A stretch of 64,000 nucleotides of DNA from Syntrophales bacterium (GTDB lineage: Bacteria > Desulfobacterota > Syntrophia > Syntrophales > UBA2251), in contig DAOPOS010000003.1 of NCBI GenBank assembly GCA_035358035.1, forward strand, positions 34,513-98,512, given 5' to 3'. Below the pieces are notes generated by a model. It saw only the letters and a program-made list of their open reading frames with translations, did no database searches and was not told the origin of the DNA. Shown here piece after piece: positions 29,307 through 38,692 of this stretch (within the stretch, counting starts at the first letter, position 1; the number at the start of each line of letters is the position of its first letter). Position numbers and translations under genes: made by a program.

Positions 29307-29339
29307 CCCGTTGCCGCATCCGCCCCGGCAACGGGGCGG
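29307..29339 (-). terminator. GC-rich overlapping hairpins downstream of the MFS gene (possible terminator, no T-tract)
   Basis: CCCGTTGCCG (29307-29316) / CGGCAACGGG (29326-29335) form a 10-bp stem. This overlaps a second possible stem, CCGCCCCG-GCAA-CGGGGCGG (29320-29339). Confidence 0.3.
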
Positions 29340-29379
29340 TCCGTTTGGGCCGAAGCGCCTCCCCCCGGGCCCGGCGGCC

Positions 29380-30615
29380 TCAGACAGCCTGGAAGCGCGC
29401 CCGCTTCAGGGCCGCCGCCCCCAGGAGCAGGGCCAGGACGGCCAAGACGATATAGACATAAAACGCCGCATCGTAGCCCCCTGTCCAGTCGTACAGGTAG
29501 CCCGACAGGGGCATGCCGATCCCCGATCCCAGCGTCTGGAAGATGGTCAGGATCCCGTAGATCAGGGCGAAGTGGGCGAGGCCCGCGCCGGCCACCGTCA
29601 TCAGCGGCGGCATCACGGTCTGGATGGCGTTTCCGAAGCCGTAGACCACGCCGAACAGGACGGCCCACGGCAGCGAGGCCGCCCCGAAGAGCAGGAGGAT
29701 CCCCACGACCAGGATCGCGGTAAAGATCGCCAGCCCCGCCTTCAGCCCCTTCCGGTCGCAGAAGCTCCCCAGGACCAGCTTTCCGAAAACCGTCATCCCC
29801 AGGTAGAGCCCCATGACGTTGGCCGCGACCGTGGAGCTGTGGCCGATGTCCGTCAGGTAGGGGATCAGGTGCTGCTGGATGCCCATGTTGAGCGTGTTGA
29901 TGAGGAGGATCATCCCGGCGAGCATCCAGAAGACCGGGGTTCTGGCGAACTCGCCCAGCCGATAGCCCCCGGCCGCCGCCTCCGGCGCCTCGCCCCCGGC
30001 CCGCTCCGCGCCGTCCGGAAGCCACCCCTCCTCTTCCGGCGAGCGCTTCATCAGGAGAAGGGCGGTGGGCGTGCAGATGACGCCAATGAGGACGCCCAGA
30101 AGGAGATAGGTCTCCCGCCAGCCGTAGTTCAGGATGAGCCAGTTGGCGACCGGGTTGAAGACGAGCCCCCCGATCCCCGTCGCCGTGAAGACGATCCCCA
30201 TCGCCAGCCCGCGCCGACGCCGGAACCAGTTGCTGATCAGGGTGGAGACGGGGATGATGTGGCTCCCCGCGTGGCCGATGCCGACCAGGACGGACAGGAG
30301 ATAGAAATGGGCGAGCGTCTGGCACTGGGAATAGAGGGCGAAGGAGACGGCTAAAAGCGCCGTGGAGACCCCCATGACGACACGGACGTTCAGCATCTCC
30401 AGCAGCTTTCCCACGAGCGGGGCCGCGGCCGTCATGGACAGGGCCGCGATCGTGAAGTACAGGGAGAAGTCCCCCCGGCTGAAGCCGAGCGTGTCGACGA
30501 CCGGCTTGAAGAAGACCCCTATGGCGTTGATCCCGATCCCGATCCCGATGAGATTCAGGATGAAGCCGCCGACCACGATCCACCACCCGTAGAACATCCT
30601 GCGCCGTTTCACCAT
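29380..30615 (-). CDS. MFS transporter (oxalate/formate-antiporter-like)
   Basis: About 12 hydrophobic segments. MFYGWWIVVGGFILNLIGIGIGINAIGVFFKP is typical of OFA-type MFS transporters. Confidence 0.85.
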   Translation of the reverse strand: MVKRRRMFYGWWIVVGGFILNLIGIGIGINAIGVFFKPVVDTLGFSRGDFSLYFTIAALSMTAAAPLVGKLLEMLNVRVVMGVSTALLAVSFALYSQCQTLAHFYLLSVLVGIGHAGSHIIPVSTLISNWFRRRRGLAMGIVFTATGIGGLVFNPVANWLILNYGWRETYLLLGVLIGVICTPTALLLMKRSPEEEGWLPDGAERAGGEAPEAAAGGYRLGEFARTPVFWMLAGMILLINTLNMGIQQHLIPYLTDIGHSSTVAANVMGLYLGMTVFGKLVLGSFCDRKGLKAGLAIFTAILVVGILLLFGAASLPWAVLFGVVYGFGNAIQTVMPPLMTVAGAGLAHFALIYGILTIFQTLGSGIGMPLSGYLYDWTGGYDAAFYVYIVLAVLALLLGAAALKRARFQAV

Positions 30616-30633
30616 GACGTCCCCTCCCCCCGT

Positions 30634-31851
30634 TCAGAGAAATGCGGCGCCCTCGCCCCGGTACGTCGGCGCCCGCTCCACGATGCGGTCGCCGCGGATC
30701 AGCAGGAGCGCGTTGAATCGTTCGGCCAGCTCGCCGGCCTTGGCGTGCTGGAAGATGACGGGATCCCCGATCTTAAGTTCGGGACCATCGGGCGGCAGCG
30801 TGAGCGGCGTCTGCACTTCGCCGGCGCCCTCCAGCGGCAGCAGGCGCATCCCGGGCGGCAGGACCGGCCGCGGGAGCTTGTCCGGACCGGCGGCCCCGGA
30901 GGCCGCGTAGCCCCCGCCGAGGCAGGTGACGAGTCCGGGGGCGGGCCTCCGCACGACCTGGACGGCGAAAAAGGCCGCAGGTTGGAAATGCACCTCCCGG
31001 AAATGATGAAACAGCGCGGGGCCGTAGAGCGCCGAACCGGCCGTGACCTCCGTGAGCGAGGGGTCGCGTCCGGACGAGACCAGGCTGCCGCTTCCGCCGC
31101 CGTTGACGACCCGCAGGGTCGCGCCGGCCTCCCGCAGGGCCCGGACCACGGCCGTGCGTCTGCGCGTCAGCTCCGGAATGGATGCCCGCTTCATCAGGCG
31201 GACCAGGCGGTTCTTGAGACGCTCCCCCGGCAGATCGTCGTTCGTGGAGGCGATATGCCCCTCGTAGCCCATGATGGCGTCGATCCGCACCCCCTTCATC
31301 GACCGGGCGGCGTGCGCGAGCGCGAGGGCCTCCGCCGGCGTCCGGACCGGGCTGCGCCGGGCGCCCAGGTGGAGGGAGGTCCGGAAGGGGCGGTACGACA
31401 GGTCCACCTCGAGGCATGCGTTGAGCGTCACGCCCGCCCGCTCGCCCGCGGCGGACAGGCGCTCCAGATGCGCGACGGAATCCGCCACGAGCGAAACCTG
31501 CTTCCCGGCGGCCGTCAGACCGGCAAGCAGGGCGAGGTCCGACGGCTGCACGGTGGGATAGGCGATCAGGATGTCGTCGAATCCCCGGTCCACGAGGAAG
31601 GCGGCCTCCTCAACCGTGAAGCCGAGGATCCCCCGGTAGGACGCCCCGCCCCGGGTGAAGATGCGCCGGATCAGCTCCACGCAGCGCAGGGACTTCGAGG
31701 CGACGCGGACGCGCTTGCCGGTGGCCCGCTGCGTGGAGGCGACGCAGGCCACGTTGGCGTCGAACCGGTCCAGATCGACGAAGGCGGCGGGCAGGCGCTC
31801 CCCCCTGAGGATGTCGCGGTAGCGGACATAGTCGCCGGAATCGCTTACCAT
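30634..31851 (-). CDS. PLP-dependent alanine-racemase-fold enzyme (DSD1 / D-serine-deaminase-like)
   Basis: ATG at 31851. ...PAAFVDLDRFDANV...RVASKSLRC... (Lys in the VASKS context), with a C-terminal beta domain. Confidence 0.65.
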   Translation of the reverse strand: MVSDSGDYVRYRDILRGERLPAAFVDLDRFDANVACVASTQRATGKRVRVASKSLRCVELIRRIFTRGGASYRGILGFTVEEAAFLVDRGFDDILIAYPTVQPSDLALLAGLTAAGKQVSLVADSVAHLERLSAAGERAGVTLNACLEVDLSYRPFRTSLHLGARRSPVRTPAEALALAHAARSMKGVRIDAIMGYEGHIASTNDDLPGERLKNRLVRLMKRASIPELTRRRTAVVRALREAGATLRVVNGGGSGSLVSSGRDPSLTEVTAGSALYGPALFHHFREVHFQPAAFFAVQVVRRPAPGLVTCLGGGYAASGAAGPDKLPRPVLPPGMRLLPLEGAGEVQTPLTLPPDGPELKIGDPVIFQHAKAGELAERFNALLLIRGDRIVERAPTYRGEGAAFL

Positions 31852-31994
31852 CGCACCCGCCTTCCGCGGCCGAGCGGTCCGGCCGCGCCCGGAAACGCAG
31901 GGCACCGGATCGCCCGTGCTTTTAAGTCTCCGCCGCCTCCCGAACCGCCCCGCGGCCTTGCCGCCGAGAACGGCCTCCGGGGGCGCGCGGCTCC

Positions 31995-33932
31995 CTACAG
32001 GGCGGCGCCGATGGCGAAGCCCTCCTCGACGGCCTCCTGGATCGCCCGGGCCCGGACGCAGTCGCCCACGGCGTGGACCTCGGTCGCGGCCTGCCGGAAG
32101 GCATCGATCTTGAGCGGATCCGCCCTGTAACCCGCCGCGAGGATCACGGTGTCCGCGGGGACGACATCCGCGCTCCCGTCCCGCTCCACGTTCACCCCTC
32201 CGTCGGCGATCCCGGTGACGGTGGTCCGGGTCGAGAACTTCACCCCGCCCTCCTTCAGGCGGCCGAGGAAAAAGGGGCGGTAGGTGGGGACCACATTGTC
32301 CGCCATGCGCCCCAGCATCTCCAGGATCGTGATGTCCTCGATGCCGCGCTCCAGGAGGAATTCCGCCGTCTCGCAGCCCACGGACCCGCCCCCGATCACG
32401 ACCGTGCGCCCCCGGGCGGCCCGCCGGCCCGTCAGGATATCCTCCGCCAGGACCACGTTCGGGCCGTCGATGCCGGGGACGGGCAGGCGCAGGGGATCGG
32501 CGCCCGTCGCCAGGACGAGGGCGTCCGGTTTCTCCCGTTCAACAAACGCCGGATCGACGGGGTGGTCGAACCGGAAGCGGACGCCGGCCTTCTGCGCCCG
32601 CACATGCTGGCTCTCGATGAGATGACGGATCTCCTCCTTGAACGGCGGGAGGGCCGCGGCGACCAGCCGCCCGCCCGGCGCGCCGGCCGCATCGAACACC
32701 GTGACGTCATGGCCCCGGGCCGCGGCGACCGTGGCCGCCGTCATCCCGCCGGGACCGGCACCGACGACGAAGACCCGCTTCTTCCGGGCGGGGGCGGCGG
32801 GCGGGGGCTCCCATTCCCGCCCCGCCAGCGGGTTGACGCTGCAGAGCGATCGGATGGATCCCGCGCCCGGCCGGGTCCGGTACAGCGCCGACATGATCTG
32901 CGCCAGACAGCTGGAGCAGGCGAGGCACGGGGTGATCTCCGCCTCCCGCCCTTCCCGGGCCTTGTTCGGAAGCTCCGGATCCGCGATCAGCGCGCGGCCC
33001 ATGCCGATGAGATCGGCCTTGCCCCCGGCCAGGATGGCCTCCGCCGTCGCCGGATCGTTGATCCGGTTCGAGGCGATAACCGGCAGGGCGCAGGACGCCT
33101 TGATCTGCTGGGACAGATGGGCAAAGGCCCCCTTGGGCAGGGAGGGCGCCACGGTGGGAATGGGGGATTCGTGCCAGCCGGTGTAGGTGTTGATCAGGGC
33201 AACCCCGTGCCGCTCGAGGGCCTCCAGAACCGGTTTCGCATCCGTGACGGTGAGTCCGCCCGGCATCTGCTCATCCACGTTGAGCCGGCAGATGACGGGA
33301 AAGTCTGTACCGGCCTCCGCCCGGATGCGGTCGACGACGTCGAGAATGATCCGCATCCGGTTTTCCGGGCTCCCGCCGTAGGCGTCCGTCCGCGCATTGC
33401 TGATGGGGGACAGGAAGCGGTTCAGGATATACCCCGCCGCGACGAGCACCTCGACCGCGTCGCATCCCCCGTCGCGGGCCCGGCGCGCGGCGCGGCCGAA
33501 TTCGCAGACGATCAGATGGATCTCGTCGAGCGTCAGTTCGCGGGGGGCCGTTCGAAACAGGCGGTTGACGACCGGCGAGGGGCCGACGAGTTCGGGGGTG
33601 TCGCCCTTCAGGATCACGAAGTAGGACAGGATCAGCTGGGCCGCCACCCGGGCGCCGGCATCGTGAAGCCGGTCCGTCAGGCGTCGGGTGGCGGGGATGA
33701 AGCGGTCGTCGAACAGGCCCGGCTCGACATGACCGCCGTCCCGCATCGGGGTGAAGGGAATGATGATCAGCCCCGCGCCGCCCTCGGCCCGCGCCTCGTA
33801 GAAACGGATGAAGCGCTCGCCCACCGTTTCGTCGGGCTCGATGAACCCCGTGCTCATGGGGAGCATCACCACCCGGTTCCTCAATGCCATGCCCGTCACC
33901 GTGAAGGGGCTAAACAGTCGATCGAAGGCCAT
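31995..33932 (-). CDS. Old-yellow-enzyme / 2,4-dienoyl-CoA-reductase-like flavoprotein (OYE + Fe-S + FAD/NAD(P) domains)
   Basis: LFSPFTVTGMALRNRVVMLPM...; Cys cluster ITPCLACSSCLAQ; dinucleotide fold VFVVGAGPGGMTAA. Confidence 0.85.
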   Translation of the reverse strand: MAFDRLFSPFTVTGMALRNRVVMLPMSTGFIEPDETVGERFIRFYEARAEGGAGLIIIPFTPMRDGGHVEPGLFDDRFIPATRRLTDRLHDAGARVAAQLILSYFVILKGDTPELVGPSPVVNRLFRTAPRELTLDEIHLIVCEFGRAARRARDGGCDAVEVLVAAGYILNRFLSPISNARTDAYGGSPENRMRIILDVVDRIRAEAGTDFPVICRLNVDEQMPGGLTVTDAKPVLEALERHGVALINTYTGWHESPIPTVAPSLPKGAFAHLSQQIKASCALPVIASNRINDPATAEAILAGGKADLIGMGRALIADPELPNKAREGREAEITPCLACSSCLAQIMSALYRTRPGAGSIRSLCSVNPLAGREWEPPPAAPARKKRVFVVGAGPGGMTAATVAAARGHDVTVFDAAGAPGGRLVAAALPPFKEEIRHLIESQHVRAQKAGVRFRFDHPVDPAFVEREKPDALVLATGADPLRLPVPGIDGPNVVLAEDILTGRRAARGRTVVIGGGSVGCETAEFLLERGIEDITILEMLGRMADNVVPTYRPFFLGRLKEGGVKFSTRTTVTGIADGGVNVERDGSADVVPADTVILAAGYRADPLKIDAFRQAATEVHAVGDCVRARAIQEAVEEGFAIGAAL

Positions 33933-34103
33933 GCCCTGCTCCTTGAAGCCGCCTGCCGCGGCGACCGGAACGACCGATGGGTCGTTCCGGCCCGTCGTTC
34001 CGCCCGGGACATCGCCCCCCGCAGGGGCGCACGGGCGTTGTTTCGGGATCGAAACCTGTCCGTCGCGCCACGGGACAACGCGTCCCGAAGAGGTTTGCCG
34101 CTT

Positions 34104-35126
34104 TTAAAGAATCATGTACTCGTGGAGCATCTCTCCAGAGACGCGGTCCTTCGCGCCGTCGATCTCGATGTCCATCGTAAAGTCCGCGAGGAACCGGTAG
34201 TACCACTGGTCCCAGTCCACGGTCTTGGGAAGCTGCATCAATTCCACAAGGCGCTTCGTCGCGATGTCGAGCGTCATCTTCACGCCGAGGTTGTCCGTCG
34301 TGAGCACGAGGTGCTTTGCGTATTCCTGACCGGTCTTGGGCTCCTTTTCGAGGTCGCTCAGTTCCGTGTGCATAATGTTCGTCGACAGGACGATCTCGCG
34401 CCCCTTCGCAATCAGGAGCGGGGCAAACATGGGTCCGCTCGGGTCCCGCGGGAAGACCCAGCCGTAGTCCAGGCAGTAATCGCCGCTGTGGAGTCTGCCC
34501 CAGTACCACTTGGAGCAGACCTCGTGCATCGGGAAGTTTCCCCAGTTGTGATCGTGATACGCGTTGCCGCGGACGGCGATGGTTTCGTCCTTAATGTAGA
34601 GTTCTCCCTCCACCTCCGCGTACGGCACCGGGACCACCCACCCCGCGACCCGGGCTTTTTCCTCGTCGCGGTAGTTGAAGCCCGTTCCCAGCTTCCAGCC
34701 GGGGACGACATTCTTCAGGGTCAGGTGCGCCCCGACCTTTTTGATCATGATGTACATCTCGTAGGTGCCGTTCCCCCGGTCCTTGAGCCAGCTCTCGCCC
34801 ATGCGGACGTCGCACCAGTCCGCCCCCGCGTAGGCCTCCTCGGGCTTGCACAGGTCATAGCGCGCCGTCTGCGTTCCGTCCGGCTTGTAGATCATGAGCT
34901 GGATGGAGGGGACGATGGGCTTGAGGAACATGTTCATGTAGTGGAAGGTGAACACCATGTGATAGCCGTTGTCGAAGGAGCAGTCGATGTACCACCACTC
35001 GTAATAATCGTCGCTCTTGTAGATGTGGTTCCCGTCGTCGCGGCTCTGATAGTTTGCGGGATTGCGCTCCGCGCCGGGAACACCGTTGAACGACGCCAGA
35101 TAGTTTCTTTTTTCCTTCTCTTCCAT
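34104..35126 (-). CDS. CrtC/AttH-like lipocalin-fold protein (carotenoid 1,2-hydratase family-like)
   Basis: YEWWYIDC...GNAYHDHNWG...WYWGR motifs recalled from CrtC/AttH-type proteins. Assigned from memory only. Confidence 0.45.
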   Translation of the reverse strand: MEEKEKRNYLASFNGVPGAERNPANYQSRDDGNHIYKSDDYYEWWYIDCSFDNGYHMVFTFHYMNMFLKPIVPSIQLMIYKPDGTQTARYDLCKPEEAYAGADWCDVRMGESWLKDRGNGTYEMYIMIKKVGAHLTLKNVVPGWKLGTGFNYRDEEKARVAGWVVPVPYAEVEGELYIKDETIAVRGNAYHDHNWGNFPMHEVCSKWYWGRLHSGDYCLDYGWVFPRDPSGPMFAPLLIAKGREIVLSTNIMHTELSDLEKEPKTGQEYAKHLVLTTDNLGVKMTLDIATKRLVELMQLPKTVDWDQWYYRFLADFTMDIEIDGAKDRVSGEMLHEYMIL

Positions 35127-35377
35127 GAATGCCTCCTATCAATGATTTTTTGATCGTCTTTCCGGCCGAAGGGCGCCGCAGGGGCGTGGATGCCGTCCTG
35201 CCGCCCGGGAGAAGCCCGCGCACGCATCGATCTGCATCTGCGGCGGGGAATTGGTGTCGGCGATTTGGTCGCTCTATATCATTATCGACCGGACCTTCAA
35301 ACAAAATTTTGATGTCGTTCATGATTTATTCATTCATTTCGATCAGTTGACCGTCCGGAGGGGACGAGCGAATGATC

Positions 35378-35406
35378 TTGACATGGCAGGCCCTTTCGTC
35401 TATGAA
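35378..35406 (+). promoter_or_regulatory. candidate promoter for the acyl-CoA ligase gene
   Basis: TTGACA (35378-35383), 17-nt spacer, TATGAA (35401-35406), inside a relatively AT-rich 440-bp divergent intergenic region. Confidence 0.35.
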
Positions 35407-35566
35407 ATCGCAGCGATCGACCAATCAGTCAACATCGCTCCCGGAAGCCACGGGACACACTGGCGGCATTCGAAGGGTCGGCACCAGCCGTGCGGGGCGG
35501 AGTGGAATTCGGCCCGGGCCGTATTCGGACAATACGTCAAACCATCAAACAAAGGGGATGAATCAC

Positions 35567-37108
35567 ATGAACATGGCATCGTATCTGGTCGAGGCAATCG
35601 AGAAGTTCGGAGAATATGAACAGTTCATCTACATCGCGAACGACGTGCGAACGACCCTGAAGAACACGGAGATCGACCGGCGGGCGCGCGCCCTGGCAAC
35701 GGGTCTGCAGGAGGCCGGCGTGAAGAAGGGCGACATCGTGGGCGTCATGGTCAGCAACATCCTGGAGATCCCGGAGCTCATGAACGGCATCATGCGCATG
35801 GGCGCCACGTACCTGCCCATCATCTTCATGCTGACCCCCAAGGAAATCCGCTACATCCTGGAGGACTCCCAGGCCCGGATCCTCATCACGGAAAAGAACA
35901 TGTGGCCGAAGATGAAGGAGGCCCTCGAAGGAAATGCCTTCGTGAAGCAGATCGTCGTCATCGGCGCCGGTCCGGGCGACGACCTGCCCGAGAAATTCAT
36001 CCCGTACGAGGACTTCGTCGCCAATGACGGGGCCCTGGGCGACGTCCGGGACCTGTCGCCCGACGATCTGGGCATCCTGATGTACACCTCCGGCTCCACG
36101 GGCTTTCCCAAGGGCGTCATGCTCTCCCACGGGAACCTCATCAACAACATGCTGCAGGGGTTCAAGGTATGGCCCTACGAAAATCGCAAGGAGGTGTCTT
36201 ACGCCTGTGTTCCCATGAACCACATCTACGGCTGTCTGGGGTTTCACGAGGCCTGCTACTTCGGCGGGAAGATGGTCCTCGTTCCCCCGTTCGACCCGGT
36301 CAAGGTCCTCGAGCACATGACGGAGTTCAAGGTCACCGTGACGGGTCTGGTGCCGACCATGATCATCCTGATGATGATGGTGTTCGATCCCGCCAAGCAC
36401 AACCTCAAGTCCATGAAATACTGCGTCAGCGCGGGCGCGCCGCTGGCGGAAGAGACCCTGCTCAAGGCCCAGGAGATGTTCGGCATCAGGATCCTGCACG
36501 GCTATGGCTGCACGGAGGCGGGGCCGACCATCGCCCGCCAGCCCCGGGAAGGGGCGTTCAAGCCGGGCTCCGTCGGACCGGCGCTCCCCGGCCTGGAACT
36601 GAAACTCGTCAACGATGCGGGGATGGCGGTTCCCCAGGGAGAGACCGGGGAGATCCTGGTCAAGGGCCCCGGCGTCATGAAGGGATACTGGAACAAACCG
36701 ATCGAGACGGCGGAGACGCTTCGCGACGGGTGGCTGCACACGGGCGACCTGGGACGCCTGGACGGGGACGGCGAACTCTTCATCGTCGGCCGGAAGAAGG
36801 ACCTGATCATCAAGGGCGGCGAGAACATCGACCCCGGCGTTTCGGAAAACATTCTGGCGAAGCACCCGGCGGTCATGATGGTGGCGACCGTCAGCATTCC
36901 CGACGCCAAGTACGGGGAGGAGGTCGGGGCGGCGGTTGTCCTGAAACCGGGGCAGCAGGCCACCGAAGAGGTCCTGCTGACCTACGCCAGGGAACACCTG
37001 CACCCGTTCGTCACACCGAAAAAGATCTTCTTCATGCCCTCCTTCCCCATGACGGGAACGGGCAAGATCCTCAAGCGCGAGATCAGGGAAATGGTCAAGA
37101 AAATGTAG
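35567..37108 (+). CDS. AMP-dependent acyl-CoA synthetase/ligase
   Basis: AMP-binding motif LMYTSGSTGFPKGVMLSH; ...GYGCTEAG...; TGDLGRLDGDGELFIVGRKKDLI; C-terminal GKILKRE. The ATG at 35567 lies 9 nt after AAAGGGG. Confidence 0.85.
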   Translation: MNMASYLVEAIEKFGEYEQFIYIANDVRTTLKNTEIDRRARALATGLQEAGVKKGDIVGVMVSNILEIPELMNGIMRMGATYLPIIFMLTPKEIRYILEDSQARILITEKNMWPKMKEALEGNAFVKQIVVIGAGPGDDLPEKFIPYEDFVANDGALGDVRDLSPDDLGILMYTSGSTGFPKGVMLSHGNLINNMLQGFKVWPYENRKEVSYACVPMNHIYGCLGFHEACYFGGKMVLVPPFDPVKVLEHMTEFKVTVTGLVPTMIILMMMVFDPAKHNLKSMKYCVSAGAPLAEETLLKAQEMFGIRILHGYGCTEAGPTIARQPREGAFKPGSVGPALPGLELKLVNDAGMAVPQGETGEILVKGPGVMKGYWNKPIETAETLRDGWLHTGDLGRLDGDGELFIVGRKKDLIIKGGENIDPGVSENILAKHPAVMMVATVSIPDAKYGEEVGAAVVLKPGQQATEEVLLTYAREHLHPFVTPKKIFFMPSFPMTGTGKILKREIREMVKKM

Positions 37109-37183
37109 CCCCGCCGCCGGGCCCCGCGTAACCGCCGCTCCGGGCGGGGGGAGTAACGGGCGGCGCGGCGATCCCGGAAACGG

Positions 37184-38692
37184 TCACTGGAAGAGGTTGG
37201 GTCCCCCGTCCCCGGGCGTGACCACGCCCCGGTAGCCGATGAACTCTTCCTCTTCCATGCGGCCCGCCAGACCGGAGCCGCGGGGCGCGGTCGCCAAGCA
37301 GCGCTCTCCGGAGTCCAGCCGGGCGACGATGACGGGCCAGGGGACCCCGTCGGGCCGGTCGTGGAGGACCGTGTAGGTCTCCACGGTGGCGGGCCCATCC
37401 GGCTTGAGACAGAACGGCGGGGGTTCCAGGGCGTCGAGCCGTTCCTGGACGGGGTTCCGCCGCGGACGCCTCCACGCCTTCGCGGGTTCACGCCCGCTGT
37501 AGATCCCCACCGCGTATTTCGTCAGGAAATAGCCCACCCCCGTCACCAGGCCCGTCTCCTCCGGATGCCGGCGCAGCCGCTCGACGGCATGCGCGATGGC
37601 GTGCATCGTATAGTTGTTCCCGGCCCCGCCGAAGTAGGACAGGCCGCCGGTGATCGTCAGGGGGGGCAGGTCGTGAATGTCCAGGCCGATCTCCCGGGCG
37701 GCGATGATCGTGGCGCACGGAAAACAGCTGTAGAGGTCCAGGAAATCGATGTCCGCCATCGTCAGGCCGGCGGCCTCCAGGGAGGCCTCGACGGTGAAAC
37801 GGATGAGCGGCGAGGCGTGATAGCAGAGCCTCTCGGAGATGTACCACTTGTCCGCGGCCTCCGCGCCGCCGTGGAGATAGACCCATTTCTCGCGGGGGAT
37901 GCCGAGACTGCGCGCGGTTTCCGTATCGGTGACGAGCACGGCCGCGGCCTGGTTCACGGCCAGCACCGGATTCATGAACTTCGTGTAGGGAAAATTGAAG
38001 AGGGGATTCCCCGCGGTGGGTTCCGTGATGTCGTCCATCTGCTTGCCGCGGTTGAACCAGGCCAGGGGGTTGCCGGCCGCAACCGCCGCCATGTCCAGGA
38101 AGTAGGCGGTCATGTACGCCCGGTGCTCCGCCAGACTCATGCCCAGCGCCTGGCGGAGGGCGTTTTCGAAAAGCGGATAGATATGGGAGGCGCGGTCCGC
38201 CCCGTGCAGAATTTCGTGGTGGGATTCGCCGTAGCGCACGTCCCCCAGGATCCCGTCATCGTCGCGCATCCGCGCGAAGAGTTTCTCGAAGTTCATGAAC
38301 TGCCAGACCTTCCGGTCCCGGTAGAGGGCCTCGGCGCCCGCCAGGAGCGCCACCCTGCACTCGCCGGCCATGATCCGGTCCGCCGCCCGGTTCACGAGCA
38401 GCTGGGGATTGTTTCCCCCCATGGACGTCTCTTCGCGGAAGGCGGGCGAGATCCCCGCCCGGGCGCAGATTCCGGGGAGGGGGCTTTCCCGGAACTCCGT
38501 CATCATGTTGACGACGGAAAGCGTGTCGATGCGGCCGCGAATCTCCGGCCGCCCCGTGTCCTGGATGCAGGCGTCGATCGCCCGCACGGCCAGATCGACG
38601 GCGGAAACGCTGTCCCCGACGATCTTTTCACGGTGCGTGATCTGTCCCGCGCCGACGAGAACGGGATGGTTCATGACCTTGGATGCACTCAT
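37184..38692 (-). CDS. thiolase-like protein fused to a C-terminal OB-fold (DUF35-like) domain
   Basis: The ATG at 38692 overlaps the upstream stop (ATGA). A thiolase-like body (...LLAGAEAL..., ...DLYSCFPCATIIA..., GGLSYFGGAGNNY) is followed by about 110 aa, PDGPATVETYTVLHDRPDGVPWPVIVARLDSGERCLA. The 835-aa ORF in the track is a read-through artefact. Confidence 0.75.
   Translation of the reverse strand: MSASKVMNHPVLVGAGQITHREKIVGDSVSAVDLAVRAIDACIQDTGRPEIRGRIDTLSVVNMMTEFRESPLPGICARAGISPAFREETSMGGNNPQLLVNRAADRIMAGECRVALLAGAEALYRDRKVWQFMNFEKLFARMRDDDGILGDVRYGESHHEILHGADRASHIYPLFENALRQALGMSLAEHRAYMTAYFLDMAAVAAGNPLAWFNRGKQMDDITEPTAGNPLFNFPYTKFMNPVLAVNQAAAVLVTDTETARSLGIPREKWVYLHGGAEAADKWYISERLCYHASPLIRFTVEASLEAAGLTMADIDFLDLYSCFPCATIIAAREIGLDIHDLPPLTITGGLSYFGGAGNNYTMHAIAHAVERLRRHPEETGLVTGVGYFLTKYAVGIYSGREPAKAWRRPRRNPVQERLDALEPPPFCLKPDGPATVETYTVLHDRPDGVPWPVIVARLDSGERCLATAPRGSGLAGRMEEEEFIGYRGVVTPGDGGPNLFQ

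Noticed and set aside
32073-35153. A 1026-aa plus-strand ORF, and similar long ORFs such as 343..1602(-), 10357..11967(-), 18822..20357(-), 42551..44770(+), 44900..47071(+), 40314..41210(+)
   Set aside because: Their translations are dominated by Arg/Gly/Pro/Ala/Asp runs with no recognisable motifs. They lie antisense or out of frame to genes with clear family signatures. This is the typical open-frame artefact of DNA at about 68% GC.
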